A stretch of DNA of 64,000 bases, taken from the NCBI GenBank assembly GCA_963714975.1, contig CAVQQD010000002.1, positions 128,001 through 192,000 on the forward strand. Direction: 5' to 3'. This DNA is from an uncultured Gammaproteobacteria bacterium. GTDB taxonomy: Bacteria > Pseudomonadota > Gammaproteobacteria > JAURND01. Shown here piece after piece: positions 31,351 to 41,982 of this stretch (positions are counted from its first letter, which is position 1; every line of letters starts with the position of its first letter). The notes beneath the pieces were generated by a model that was not told the DNA's origin, ran no database searches, and worked only from the letters and a program-made list of their open reading frames with translations. The position numbers were made by a program, and so were the translations under genes.

Positions 31351-31384
31351 ATTATAAGCCTACTCTACTTAACAAAATATTAAG
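31351..31384 (-). promoter_or_regulatory. PmrA-like box plus -10
   Basis: Minus strand cTTAAtaTTttgTTAA-N12-TATAAT. Confidence 0.6.
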
Positions 31385-31500
31385 AGCCCGAAAAAAATTT
31401 ACGAAATTAAGAACTAGGGCCCCTCCTCCGCTAGCCTGCCCTGAGCCTGTCAAAGGGGCGCCTTCTCCCACAAGGGGAGAAGGAGAAAAAATTTGCTACC

Positions 31501-31528
31501 CTTGAATTCTTGACTCTAATCCCTATAT
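31501..31528 (+). promoter_or_regulatory. sigma32-type heat-shock promoter of groESL
   Basis: CTTGAA-N14-CCCTATAT. Confidence 0.7.
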
Positions 31529-31631
31529 ACCATTAGCACTTGCTTCATTATGGGCGGGTGCTATGAGCTCGTGTTACCCGTGAAGTAATGAAATGGGCGC
31601 AGTCTAAAATTTAAATGTTGGAGAAAATTGC

Positions 31632-33598
<1,967 letters not shown>

Positions 33599-33738
33599 TG
33601 ATGGAAAAATCCTTCTCCCCTTTGGGGGAGAAGGAGGCCGTAGGCCGGATGAGGGTGTTTGGAATGGCTTTTAGCACTGTAAAACACTCTCACTCGACTC
33701 TTCGGTACCCTCCCCCCAAAGCGGGAGAGGTGTTTTTT

Positions 33739-34596
33739 TTAAGCTCCAAAAATACCTTCTTTATCTGGGCGGCCCAAAAGATTCTTATCATCGCTAGTAT
33801 TAGCGCCAATAAAATAGAGAGTGTCCCCACAACTATTAACAGCATCTCCAACATAGTCTTTAAGTTTCTGCCATTTTTCAGGATAAGCAACTGTTAATGC
33901 TAGCAGCGCCAATAAAACCAGCACCGCGATACTGATACCAGTTGTATAATTATGCCCATGAGGACCTGTCGCCATTAGAGCAGTAATGACGTGATCTTTA
34001 AAAGCTCCATCGGGGAGAAGAGAGAACAGCTTTTGATTCTGTTCAACATCTAAACAAGACGCTGTTAAAGCTGTTACACTGGGTGCACTTACTCCAAAAA
34101 ATAGCAGTCCATAGCCAATTTTTTCACCAGTAGGGGGTTGGTAAGCTTGTAATTCATTTATTATCTCCTGTGGAATGTTAAGTATCCCGCTGTGGGCAAT
34201 TGGTAAACTGGTTGTGCCTCGCGCATATCTTTCAGGGTCTTCGGTGTCGGTGGGAATAGGCTGTTTATACTTTGGATTGTAATTTGGTAGTAGCGCTATG
34301 TAATTTGGTGGTGGATCAAGCTTGGTTTCTAAAAAAAATTTTCCTATAAAATGTTCCAGACCCCATGTGCAAAAAAGTGAAACAGTCTTTTCTTGGTTAT
34401 TTGTTACGCAATCATATCCTTTAAAGGCTGTAGTGATCCCGACTTGATCATCTGTTGTGGTGGTTTTTGATTTTTCGCAATAACTTATGAATAATTCATA
34501 TAATTTCGGATCGTGAAACGTTAAATGATAACGTGGTTTATATTCCTCGGAATCGTCGTATTTAAAAACACACGCTTCTTTTTTAAATATTGCCAT
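33739..34596 (-). CDS. hypothetical membrane-anchored protein, tandem paralog 1
   Basis: Shares near-identical C-terminal ~85 aa with two neighbours. Confidence 0.75.
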   Translation of the reverse strand: MAIFKKEACVFKYDDSEEYKPRYHLTFHDPKLYELFISYCEKSKTTTTDDQVGITTAFKGYDCVTNNQEKTVSLFCTWGLEHFIGKFFLETKLDPPPNYIALLPNYNPKYKQPIPTDTEDPERYARGTTSLPIAHSGILNIPQEIINELQAYQPPTGEKIGYGLLFFGVSAPSVTALTASCLDVEQNQKLFSLLPDGAFKDHVITALMATGPHGHNYTTGISIAVLVLLALLALTVAYPEKWQKLKDYVGDAVNSCGDTLYFIGANTSDDKNLLGRPDKEGIFGA

Positions 34597-34685
34597 AATG
34601 TAAATACCTGTTTCTGAGCTGTTGTCCTGTTAAATGTAAATGGTGGAGTAACTTCCCAGGTGTCATCCCGAGCGAAGCGAGGGAT

Positions 34686-35537
34686 CTATTGGGATGAGGC
34701 TGAACTTTTACCTGGGCACACATAGTCTTTAGCAGTGTCTTTAACTGTCTGCCATTTTTCAGGATAAGCAACTGTTAGTGCTACCAGCGCCAATAAAACC
34801 AGCACCGCGATACTGATCCCAGTTGTATAATTATGCCCATGAGGACCTGTCGCCATTAGAGCAGTAATGACGTGATCTTTAAAAGCTCCATCGGGGAGAA
34901 GAGAGAACAGCTTTTGGTTCTGTTCAACATCTAAACAAGACGCTGTTAAAGCTGTCACACTAGATGCACTTACTCCAAAAAATAGCAGCCCATAGCCAAT
35001 CTTTTGACCAGTTGATAAGGGTTTTGAATCAGGGAGAGATAGTAGTTCGGAGTCTGGGCATCTTTGGTAAGCTTGTAATTTATTTATTATCTCCGGTGGA
35101 ATTTCAAGTGTCCCGTAGCGGCCAAGTTTTAAAGTGGTTGTGCCTTTTGCATAGAGACTAGGATTCACCCCATCGGTAGGCTGTTTATAGGCAGGCTCGT
35201 AGCCTACTATTCCTTGTGTATACTCTTCTGGTAGATCAAGTCCAGTTTCTAAAAAAAATTTTCCTATAAAATTTGCGTCACCCCATGCCGCGACAGGTAC
35301 TGAAATAGTCTGTTGCGAATCATCCGTTTGGCAACGAACAACCTCAAAGCCTGTTGAGCCAATTTTAATTTTTGATCCCTCAGGATCATTTGGTTCGAGG
35401 ATAGTCTTTGATTGTGTGCCGTACTCTTTGAATAAGTTATATAATTGCTGATCGCGAAACGTGAATCGATAGTAGTTACTAGGATCGTCGCGCTTGTCGT
35501 GTTTGAAGACATAAACTTCTTCTTGATGTGTTGCCAT
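34686..35537 (-). CDS. hypothetical membrane-anchored protein, tandem paralog 2
   Basis: Start MATHQEE shares RBS context with paralog 1. Confidence 0.75.
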   Translation of the reverse strand: MATHQEEVYVFKHDKRDDPSNYYRFTFRDQQLYNLFKEYGTQSKTILEPNDPEGSKIKIGSTGFEVVRCQTDDSQQTISVPVAAWGDANFIGKFFLETGLDLPEEYTQGIVGYEPAYKQPTDGVNPSLYAKGTTTLKLGRYGTLEIPPEIINKLQAYQRCPDSELLSLPDSKPLSTGQKIGYGLLFFGVSASSVTALTASCLDVEQNQKLFSLLPDGAFKDHVITALMATGPHGHNYTTGISIAVLVLLALVALTVAYPEKWQTVKDTAKDYVCPGKSSASSQ

Positions 35538-35789
35538 AATGTAAATACCTCTTTTTGAGTGTTGTTCCTGCGTAAATGGTGGGAACAATAAAATTAATAG
35601 TTGGGGGTAATTGTACTTGAATATATTTTTAATGCAATTCTTTTAAAAATTATGCGACCATTCGGTAGTTTTTTTCTGAGCATGGCATAATTTCTTCGGT
35701 TCTATGAAGTTTTGAGTGGGTAATATATCCTTCTCCCCTTGTGGGAGAAGGTGCCGAAGGCGGATGAGGGGTAAGCTCATTACGCGCTC

Positions 35790-36632
35790 TTATTCAGATG
35801 AGGTTGAGCTATTACCTGGGCACACATAGTCTTTAGCAGTGTCTTTAACTGTCTGCCATTTTTCAGAATAAGCAACTGTTAGTGCTAGCAGCGCCAATAA
35901 AACCAGCACCGCGATACTAAATCCAGTGGCATAATTATGCCCATGAGGACCTGCCGCCATTAGCGCAGTAATGACGTGATCTTTAAAAGCTCCATCGGGG
36001 AGAAGAGAGAACAGCTTTTGATTCTGTTCAACATCTAAGCAAGACGCTGTTAAAGCTGTCACACTGGGTGCGCTTACTCCAAAAAATAGCAGTCCATAGC
36101 CAATCTTTGCACTAGTAGATAGTCCTAAGTTCTTTGTTTTGTAGTGTTCGTAGCCAGGAGGGGGTTGGTAAGCTTGTAATTCATTTATTATCTCCTGTGG
36201 AATTCCAAGTATCCCTTGACGGGCAAGCGGTAAAGTGGTCGTGCCTCTTTCGTAGCGACTAAAATTGATCTCATCGGTAGGCTGTTTATATTTAGGATCG
36301 TAGCCGTCTATTCCTTGTATGTACTCTTGTGGTAGATTAAGTTCAGTTTCTAAAAAAAATTTTCCTATAACATTGTTAAGACCCTGGCAATCTAAGAGTG
36401 AAACAGTCCATGTTTGGTCATCTTTTTCGCATTCATATTCCACAAAGGCTGTTATGCCAGCTTCGGTTTTTTTTTGTTTTGTAGGATCTTCTGTGATGGA
36501 TTTTTCTAAATATTTTACAAATAAATTATATAATTTCCAATCTGAAAAACTGAAATGATATCTGTCAAGCCTCGAAGGATTGTTTGGTTTTTCATTTCTA
36601 AAAGTGTAAAGCGATTGTTTATCTTCTGTCAT
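35790..36632 (-). CDS. hypothetical membrane-anchored protein, tandem paralog 3
   Basis: Same IGKFFLET, YKQP, GTT.L and C-terminal block. Confidence 0.75.
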   Translation of the reverse strand: MTEDKQSLYTFRNEKPNNPSRLDRYHFSFSDWKLYNLFVKYLEKSITEDPTKQKKTEAGITAFVEYECEKDDQTWTVSLLDCQGLNNVIGKFFLETELNLPQEYIQGIDGYDPKYKQPTDEINFSRYERGTTTLPLARQGILGIPQEIINELQAYQPPPGYEHYKTKNLGLSTSAKIGYGLLFFGVSAPSVTALTASCLDVEQNQKLFSLLPDGAFKDHVITALMAAGPHGHNYATGFSIAVLVLLALLALTVAYSEKWQTVKDTAKDYVCPGNSSTSSE

Positions 36633-36906
36633 AATAAAGACTCTTATATGAGATTAAAATCTTGCCCATGCCACTCTGGAATGTAAATCAGCCATTTACC
36701 AGATCCATACCAGGACGACGAGGTGAATAATTAGGGAGTAATTATACTCAAATATAGTATTAATGCAATTTTTTTGTAAATTATGTGATCATTCGGTAGT
36801 TTTAAATAAACCATGATCTTGAGCCAACTGCTGCACCCTCACCCGCCTTCGGCACCCTCTCCCGCAGGCGGGAGAGGGGATTTAGTTCGAGCATGTTATA
36901 AATATA

Positions 36907-36935
36907 TTGACATTCCGATTGTACTATCCCAGAAT
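36907..36935 (+). promoter_or_regulatory. sigma70 promoter of tRNA-tuf operon
   Basis: TTGACA-N17-CAGAAT just upstream of tRNA-Tyr. Confidence 0.55.
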
Positions 36936-36951
36936 AACCAGCTTACTTTTT

Positions 36952-37035
<84 letters not shown>

Positions 37036-37058
37036 GTCTGGATAGGGTTGGGTGGTGT

Positions 37059-37132
37059 GCGGGTGTAGTTCAATGGTAGAACTTCAGCCTTCCAAGCTGA
37101 TAGTGTGGGTTCGATTCCCATCACCCGCTCCA
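37059..37132 (+). tRNA. tRNA-Gly (TCC)
   Basis: gcgggtg..cacccgc, ctTCCaa loop, encoded CCA. Confidence 0.95.
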
Positions 37133-37137
37133 AGAAG

Positions 37138-37213
37138 GCCCACATAGCTCAGTCGGCAGAGCACTTCCTTGGTAAGGAAGAGGTCACCGGTTCAAATCCG
37201 GTTGTGGGCTCCA
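37138..37213 (+). tRNA. tRNA-Thr (GGT)
   Basis: gcccaca..tgtgggc, ttGGTaa loop, encoded CCA. Confidence 0.95.
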
Positions 37214-37254
37214 GTGAGCTGATTCTCTCTTTAAATTATTTGGAGAAATAATGT

Positions 37255-38442
37255 ATGGGCAAAATGAAATTTGAGCGTACGCTCCCGCATGTCAATGTAG
37301 GAACCATAGGACACGTAGACCATGGTAAGACGACTCTGACTGCCGCAATCACTAAAGTCATGCAAAAGTATGGGTTGCCGGCCTATGCCTTTGATCAAAT
37401 TGATAAAGCGCCCGAAGAAAAAGCGCGCGGGATCACGATTGCCACAGCACATGTGGAATACCAATCGCCCAATCGCCATTATGCTCACGTGGACTGCCCA
37501 GGCCATGCGGATTATGTGAAGAACATGATTACCGGTGCGGCGCAAATGGATGGAGCCATCTTGGTCGTCTCTGCTGCAGATGGTCCGATGCCACAAACCC
37601 GAGAACACATTTTATTAGCCCGACAGGTGGGTGTGCCCAAGATTGTAGTATTTTTGAACAAAGTGGATATGGTTGACGATCCTGAATTATTAGAGCTAGT
37701 CGAGATGGAAGTCAGAGATTTATTGAATAAATATGATTTCCCAGGAGACGATACCCCCATCATCCGAGGATCCGCATTAAAGGCCTTGGAAGGAGATAGC
37801 AGTGACATTGGCACCGTGGCGATTGAGAAATTAGTCCAGGCCATGGACGATTACATCCCAATTCCTGATCGTCCCGTAGACCAACCCTTCTTGTTGCCGA
37901 TTGAAGATGTGTTTTCGATTTCAGGTCGCGGCACTGTAGTCACGGGTCGCATCGAGCGCGGAGTTGTCAAGGTTGGGGAAGAAGTGGAGATTATCGGCTT
38001 AAGAGCGACGCAGAAAACGATTTGCACCGGAGTGGAGATGTTCCGCAAGCTGTTGGATCAAGGTCAAGCCGGAGACAATGTCGGGGCATTACTCAGAGGG
38101 ATCAGTCGAGAAGATGTAGAGCGAGGCCAAGTATTGGCCAAGCCTGGAAGCATTAAGCCGCATACGAAGTTTGAAGCCGAGGTATACGTGTTATCGAAAG
38201 ATGAGGGAGGCAGACACACCCCATTTTTCAAAGGCTATCGTCCGCAATTTTACTTCCGTACCACAGACGTCACCGGGGAAGTCCATTTACCGGCAGATGT
38301 GGAGATGGTGATGCCGGGGGATAATATCACTGTGACAATTGTATTAATATCGCCGATTGCGATGGAGAAGGGCTTGAAATTCGCCATTCGAGAAGGTGGT
38401 CGCACGGTGGGTGCAGGTATTGTTGCAAAAGTAATTGAATAA
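37255..38442 (+). CDS. tuf: elongation factor Tu
   Basis: [29 protein letters not shown]. Confidence 0.99.
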   Translation: MGKMKFERTLPHVNVGTIGHVDHGKTTLTAAITKVMQKYGLPAYAFDQIDKAPEEKARGITIATAHVEYQSPNRHYAHVDCPGHADYVKNMITGAAQMDGAILVVSAADGPMPQTREHILLARQVGVPKIVVFLNKVDMVDDPELLELVEMEVRDLLNKYDFPGDDTPIIRGSALKALEGDSSDIGTVAIEKLVQAMDDYIPIPDRPVDQPFLLPIEDVFSISGRGTVVTGRIERGVVKVGEEVEIIGLRATQKTICTGVEMFRKLLDQGQAGDNVGALLRGISREDVERGQVLAKPGSIKPHTKFEAEVYVLSKDEGGRHTPFFKGYRPQFYFRTTDVTGEVHLPADVEMVMPGDNITVTIVLISPIAMEKGLKFAIREGGRTVGAGIVAKVIE

Positions 38443-38495
38443 AATACCTTTACCCTCTCCCCCGAAGGTGGGAGAGGGTAGGGAGAGGGGGTCAT

Positions 38496-38571
38496 AGGTC
38501 AGTAGCTCAATTGGTAGAGCAGCGGTCTCCAAAACCGCAGGTTGGGGGTTCGATTCCCTCCTGGCCTGCCA
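38496..38571 (+). tRNA. tRNA-Trp (CCA)
   Basis: aggtcag..ctggcct, ctCCAaa loop, encoded CCA; between tuf and secE. Confidence 0.95.
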
Positions 38572-38598
38572 GAAGTCAATCTTGTAAAGTTTGTGTTC

Positions 38599-38979
38599 AT
38601 GAATAAAAAAAAGACTGATACAGCCACAATTTCCTTCCGTTTTGATGCACTAAAATGGACTTTAGCCGTCATCTTGGTGATCGCAGGATTGTGGGCTAAT
38701 TATCATTATGCCGAGATTGATTGGCCACTCAGGTTGGGAGGATGGATTATTTTAGCTTGCGTGGGCCTTGGGATTATTTCACAGACTGCTGCTGGCAACC
38801 GCATGTGGGAATTTTCTAAGGGTGCACGTGCAGAGTTGCGTAAGGTAGTCTGGCCGACACGTAAAGAAACTATCCAGACTACTGTCCTCGTCATTGCCAT
38901 GGTCATTTTAATGGCGCTCCTTTTGTGGGGAATTGATTCCTTTTTGTTGTGGATAGTGGGCTTGCTGACAGGACAATGA
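38599..38979 (+). CDS. secE: preprotein translocase subunit SecE
   Basis: ELRKVVWPTRKET motif; three TM segments. Confidence 0.95.
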   Translation: MNKKKTDTATISFRFDALKWTLAVILVIAGLWANYHYAEIDWPLRLGGWIILACVGLGIISQTAAGNRMWEFSKGARAELRKVVWPTRKETIQTTVLVIAMVILMALLLWGIDSFLLWIVGLLTGQ

Positions 38980-39027
38980 GGTAGCAATTCTTGTTCAGCG
39001 TGAATTGCTGAAAATGAGGTTATAATT

Positions 39028-39585
39028 ATGACTGAACAGAAATCAGCTGATTTCCCTTCAACTAAACAATGGTTTGTGGTACATACCCGTACCGGTGAAG
39101 AAAATACCGTCGTCATGCGTTTGCGTGATCGTATTCTGAGCCATCACATGGAAGATAAGTTTGGTGACATCATAGTCCCGACAGAAGAAGTGGTAGAAAT
39201 GCGCGCCGGGAAAAAACATAGAACCGAACGCAAGTTTTTTCCCGGCTATGTCTGGGTAGAAATGGTTATGGATGCGAAAACTTGGCATTTCATCAAAGAA
39301 ATACCCGGAGTAATTGGATTTATTGGTGGCAAAACACCAACGCCTATCCCTGCCAAACAAGCAGAATCCATCTTGAGAAAAGTAGAAGAAGGGGCTAGCA
39401 AGCCTCGTCCCAAAGTTCTCTTTGCACCTGGAGAGGTAGTGCGGGTTATTGATGGACCTTTCGCAGACTTTAATGGGGTAGTAGAAGATGTTAATTATGA
39501 GAAAAACCGCTTGAGAGTTTCCGTGCTGATTTTTGGACGTTCAACCCCTGTTGAGCTGGAATTCGGTCAAGTAGAAAAAAGTTGA
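39028..39585 (+). CDS. nusG: transcription termination/antitermination factor NusG
   Basis: WFVVH, FFPGYV, GPFADF.G, IFGRSTPVEL. Confidence 0.97.
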   Translation: MTEQKSADFPSTKQWFVVHTRTGEENTVVMRLRDRILSHHMEDKFGDIIVPTEEVVEMRAGKKHRTERKFFPGYVWVEMVMDAKTWHFIKEIPGVIGFIGGKTPTPIPAKQAESILRKVEEGASKPRPKVLFAPGEVVRVIDGPFADFNGVVEDVNYEKNRLRVSVLIFGRSTPVELEFGQVEKS

Positions 39586-39604
39586 TCTTTAGGAGTGATA
39601 CAAA

Positions 39605-40045
39605 ATGGCAAGAAAAGTACAAGCCTATGTCAAATTGCAAGTAGCTGCTGGAAAGGCAAACCCAAGCCCCCCAGTGGGCCCGGCTTTGGGTCAACATGGT
39701 GTCAATATTATGGAGTTTTGTAAGGCATTTAATGCAAAAACCCAGGCGATGGAGCAAGGCACGCCTATACCGGTAATTATTACGGTCTATAACGACCGCA
39801 GTTTTACTTTTATCATGAAGACCCCTCCCGCTTCCTACTTATTAAAGAAGGCGGCTGGTGTTCAAAGTGGTAGTGCAACTCCGCATACCAACATCGTGGG
39901 TAAGGTAACCATCATGCAATTAGAAGAAATTGCTAAGGTGAAGCATCCGGATCTAACTGCCGGCGACTTGAAAGCAGCACTGCGCACCATTGCGGGGACA
40001 GCTCGTAGTATGGGAATTGAAATTGAGGGTGATATTGATGCCTAA
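39605..40045 (+). CDS. rplK: 50S ribosomal protein L11
   Basis: [19 protein letters not shown]. Confidence 0.98.
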   Translation: MARKVQAYVKLQVAAGKANPSPPVGPALGQHGVNIMEFCKAFNAKTQAMEQGTPIPVIITVYNDRSFTFIMKTPPASYLLKKAAGVQSGSATPHTNIVGKVTIMQLEEIAKVKHPDLTAGDLKAALRTIAGTARSMGIEIEGDIDA

Positions 40046-40727
40046 GTTATCGAAACGTCAACAAATGATTAATCAAAAAGTAGCTCCGGGGAAGTTATAC
40101 TCGCTAGATGAGGCTTTGGCTTTGTTGAAAGAGTGTTCAGCGGTTAAATTTACTGAGAGCGTAGATTTGGCTGCCGTGTTGGGGATTGATGCGAAATTGC
40201 CTGACCAGGCCATCCGTGCTGCCACGGTGTTACCTCATGGTACCGGTCGAACAGTCCGAGTGGCCGTGTTTGCCCAAGGGCAACAAGCAGAAGCCGCTAA
40301 ATCTGCGGGAGCCGATCGTGTGGGTTTTGAGGATTTAGTAGAAGCTGTGAAAGCAGGAGACTTGGATTTTGATGTGGTTATTGCCACTCCCGATGCGATG
40401 CGTTTTGTGGGCCAGCTAGGACAAATCCTAGGCCCCCGTGGTTTAATGCCCAATCCTAAAGTGGGTACTGTTGCCGCCGATGTAGCCACTGCAGTAAAAA
40501 ATGCTAAGTCAGGTCAGGTCCGTTACCGCTCGGAGAAGGGCGGAATTGTGCATTGCACCATCGGTCAAGTGAATTTTGACACCAATGCTTTAAAAGAAAA
40601 CTTAATGGCATTACTAGCAGATTTGAAGAAATTGCGACCCACTTCAGCTAAGGGTGTCTATCTGAAGAAACTAGTGTTATCAAGTACGATGGGCCCAGGT
40701 TTGGTAATTGACCCAGCGAGTGTTTAA
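40038..40727 (+). CDS. rplA: 50S ribosomal protein L1
   Basis: [28 protein letters not shown]; start ATG 40038. Confidence 0.98.
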   Translation: MPKLSKRQQMINQKVAPGKLYSLDEALALLKECSAVKFTESVDLAAVLGIDAKLPDQAIRAATVLPHGTGRTVRVAVFAQGQQAEAAKSAGADRVGFEDLVEAVKAGDLDFDVVIATPDAMRFVGQLGQILGPRGLMPNPKVGTVAADVATAVKNAKSGQVRYRSEKGGIVHCTIGQVNFDTNALKENLMALLADLKKLRPTSAKGVYLKKLVLSSTMGPGLVIDPASV

Positions 40728-40765
40728 AGTAAAAAAGAATTCACGGTATCAGTGCTGCTACTGAT

Positions 40766-40826
40766 CCGTCGAAGACCGCAGGCGCCATAAGCATAATCAC
40801 AAGTCATTGTGGCCTGCGCAGACGGT
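40766..40826 (+). promoter_or_regulatory. ribosomal protein L10 leader
   Basis: ccgtcgaagaccgcagg...cctgcgcagacgg hairpin upstream of rplJ. Confidence 0.75.
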
Positions 40827-40889
40827 GAACCGGATCAAGCTATGTTCGAGACGGGCACCACATAATATGTTGTCAGCTTGGAGGTATTA

Positions 40890-41417
40890 ATGGCGTTGAA
40901 GTTAGAAGATAAAAAGGCCATTGTCTTGGAAGTGCATGAAAAAGCTAAAGATGCAGGATTTGCTGCTGTTGCCGATTATCGTGGTTTAACAGTTGAGCAA
41001 ATGTCTTTGTTACGTTCTAAAGCAAGAGCAGCAGGTGCTTACTTGCGCATAGTTCGCAACACTTTGGCCAGACGTGCAGTGCAAGATACTGCTTTTGCTT
41101 GTTTGCAAGAAGTATTAGTGGGTCCGATGATTCTGCTGCTTACTTCTGGAGATGCAGGTGAGGCAGCTCGAGTGTTTCGTGATTTTGTCAAAGAACACAA
41201 ACGCTTAGAGGTAAAGGCCTTGTCCTTTGGCCAAGTATTATTGACAGTGCAAGACCTTGAAGCGGTCGCAAACTTACCGAACCGCGATCAAGCTATTGCG
41301 ATGTTGATGGCAGTGCTTAAGGCGCCTGTGGTGCAATTGGCGCGCACTTTGGCTGAGCCTTACGCTAGCTTTGCTCGCGTTTTATCCGCAGTTGCTGAGA
41401 AAAAACAAGCTGCATAG
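40890..41417 (+). CDS. rplJ: 50S ribosomal protein L10
   Basis: ADYRGLTV, VRNTLARRA. Confidence 0.96.
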   Translation: MALKLEDKKAIVLEVHEKAKDAGFAAVADYRGLTVEQMSLLRSKARAAGAYLRIVRNTLARRAVQDTAFACLQEVLVGPMILLLTSGDAGEAARVFRDFVKEHKRLEVKALSFGQVLLTVQDLEAVANLPNRDQAIAMLMAVLKAPVVQLARTLAEPYASFARVLSAVAEKKQAA

Positions 41418-41477
41418 TGTTGGAGTGCCCTAGGGCGCAATCTAAATATTGATTACTTAAATAGGAGAATATTCATC

Positions 41478-41843
41478 ATGTCCAGTCAAGTATTAGAACT
41501 AATAAAAGGTATGACAATTAAAGAACTTGTTGACCTTGTCAAAGCCATTGAAGACGAATTTGATGTTTCAGCCGCTGCAGCTGTAGCAGCACCCGCAGCC
41601 GCTGTAGCAGCACCCGCCGCCGCGGAAGAAAAAACTGAGTTTGATGTGATCTTAAAAGCATTTGGCGCTAATAAAATTGAGGTAATTAAAGTGGTTCGTG
41701 CTGTCACTGGTTTGGGCCTTAAAGAAGCTAAAGATATGGTCGAAGGAGCGCCTTCGATGGTTAAAGAGGGAGCCAGCAAGGCAGATGCGGCAGAGATCAA
41801 GAAGAAGCTTGAAGAGGCAGGTGCGGAAGTTGAGGTGAAATAG
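41478..41843 (+). CDS. rplL: 50S ribosomal protein L7/L12
   Basis: [19 protein letters not shown]. Confidence 0.98.
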   Translation: MSSQVLELIKGMTIKELVDLVKAIEDEFDVSAAAAVAAPAAAVAAPAAAEEKTEFDVILKAFGANKIEVIKVVRAVTGLGLKEAKDMVEGAPSMVKEGASKADAAEIKKKLEEAGAEVEVK

Positions 41844-41849
41844 TTTGTT

Positions 41850-41961
41850 TCCGTCGTCCGGGTGGTTTCCGTCGTCCCTGCAGGAAGCAGGGATCCAGTT
41901 GACAAGGACGTTAAAGTTTCATGTCCCTATGTTCTGGATCCCGGTATCCATGCCGGGACGA
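41850..41961. repeat. CGTCGTCCC-type REPIN-like element between rplL and rpoB
   Basis: ccgtcgtccctgcaggaagcagggatccag...ctggatcccggtatccatgccgggacga. Confidence 0.75.
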
Positions 41962-41982
41962 TATATGTTTTTCTGATGAGGC

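Noticed and set aside
33690-34771. Short ORFs MLILKNGR.. repeated in the paralog array
   Set aside because: Alternate-frame shadows of the duplicated C-terminal block.
41572-41620. 18-bp tandem repeat in rplL
   Set aside because: Encodes the ordinary Ala-rich hinge of L7/L12.
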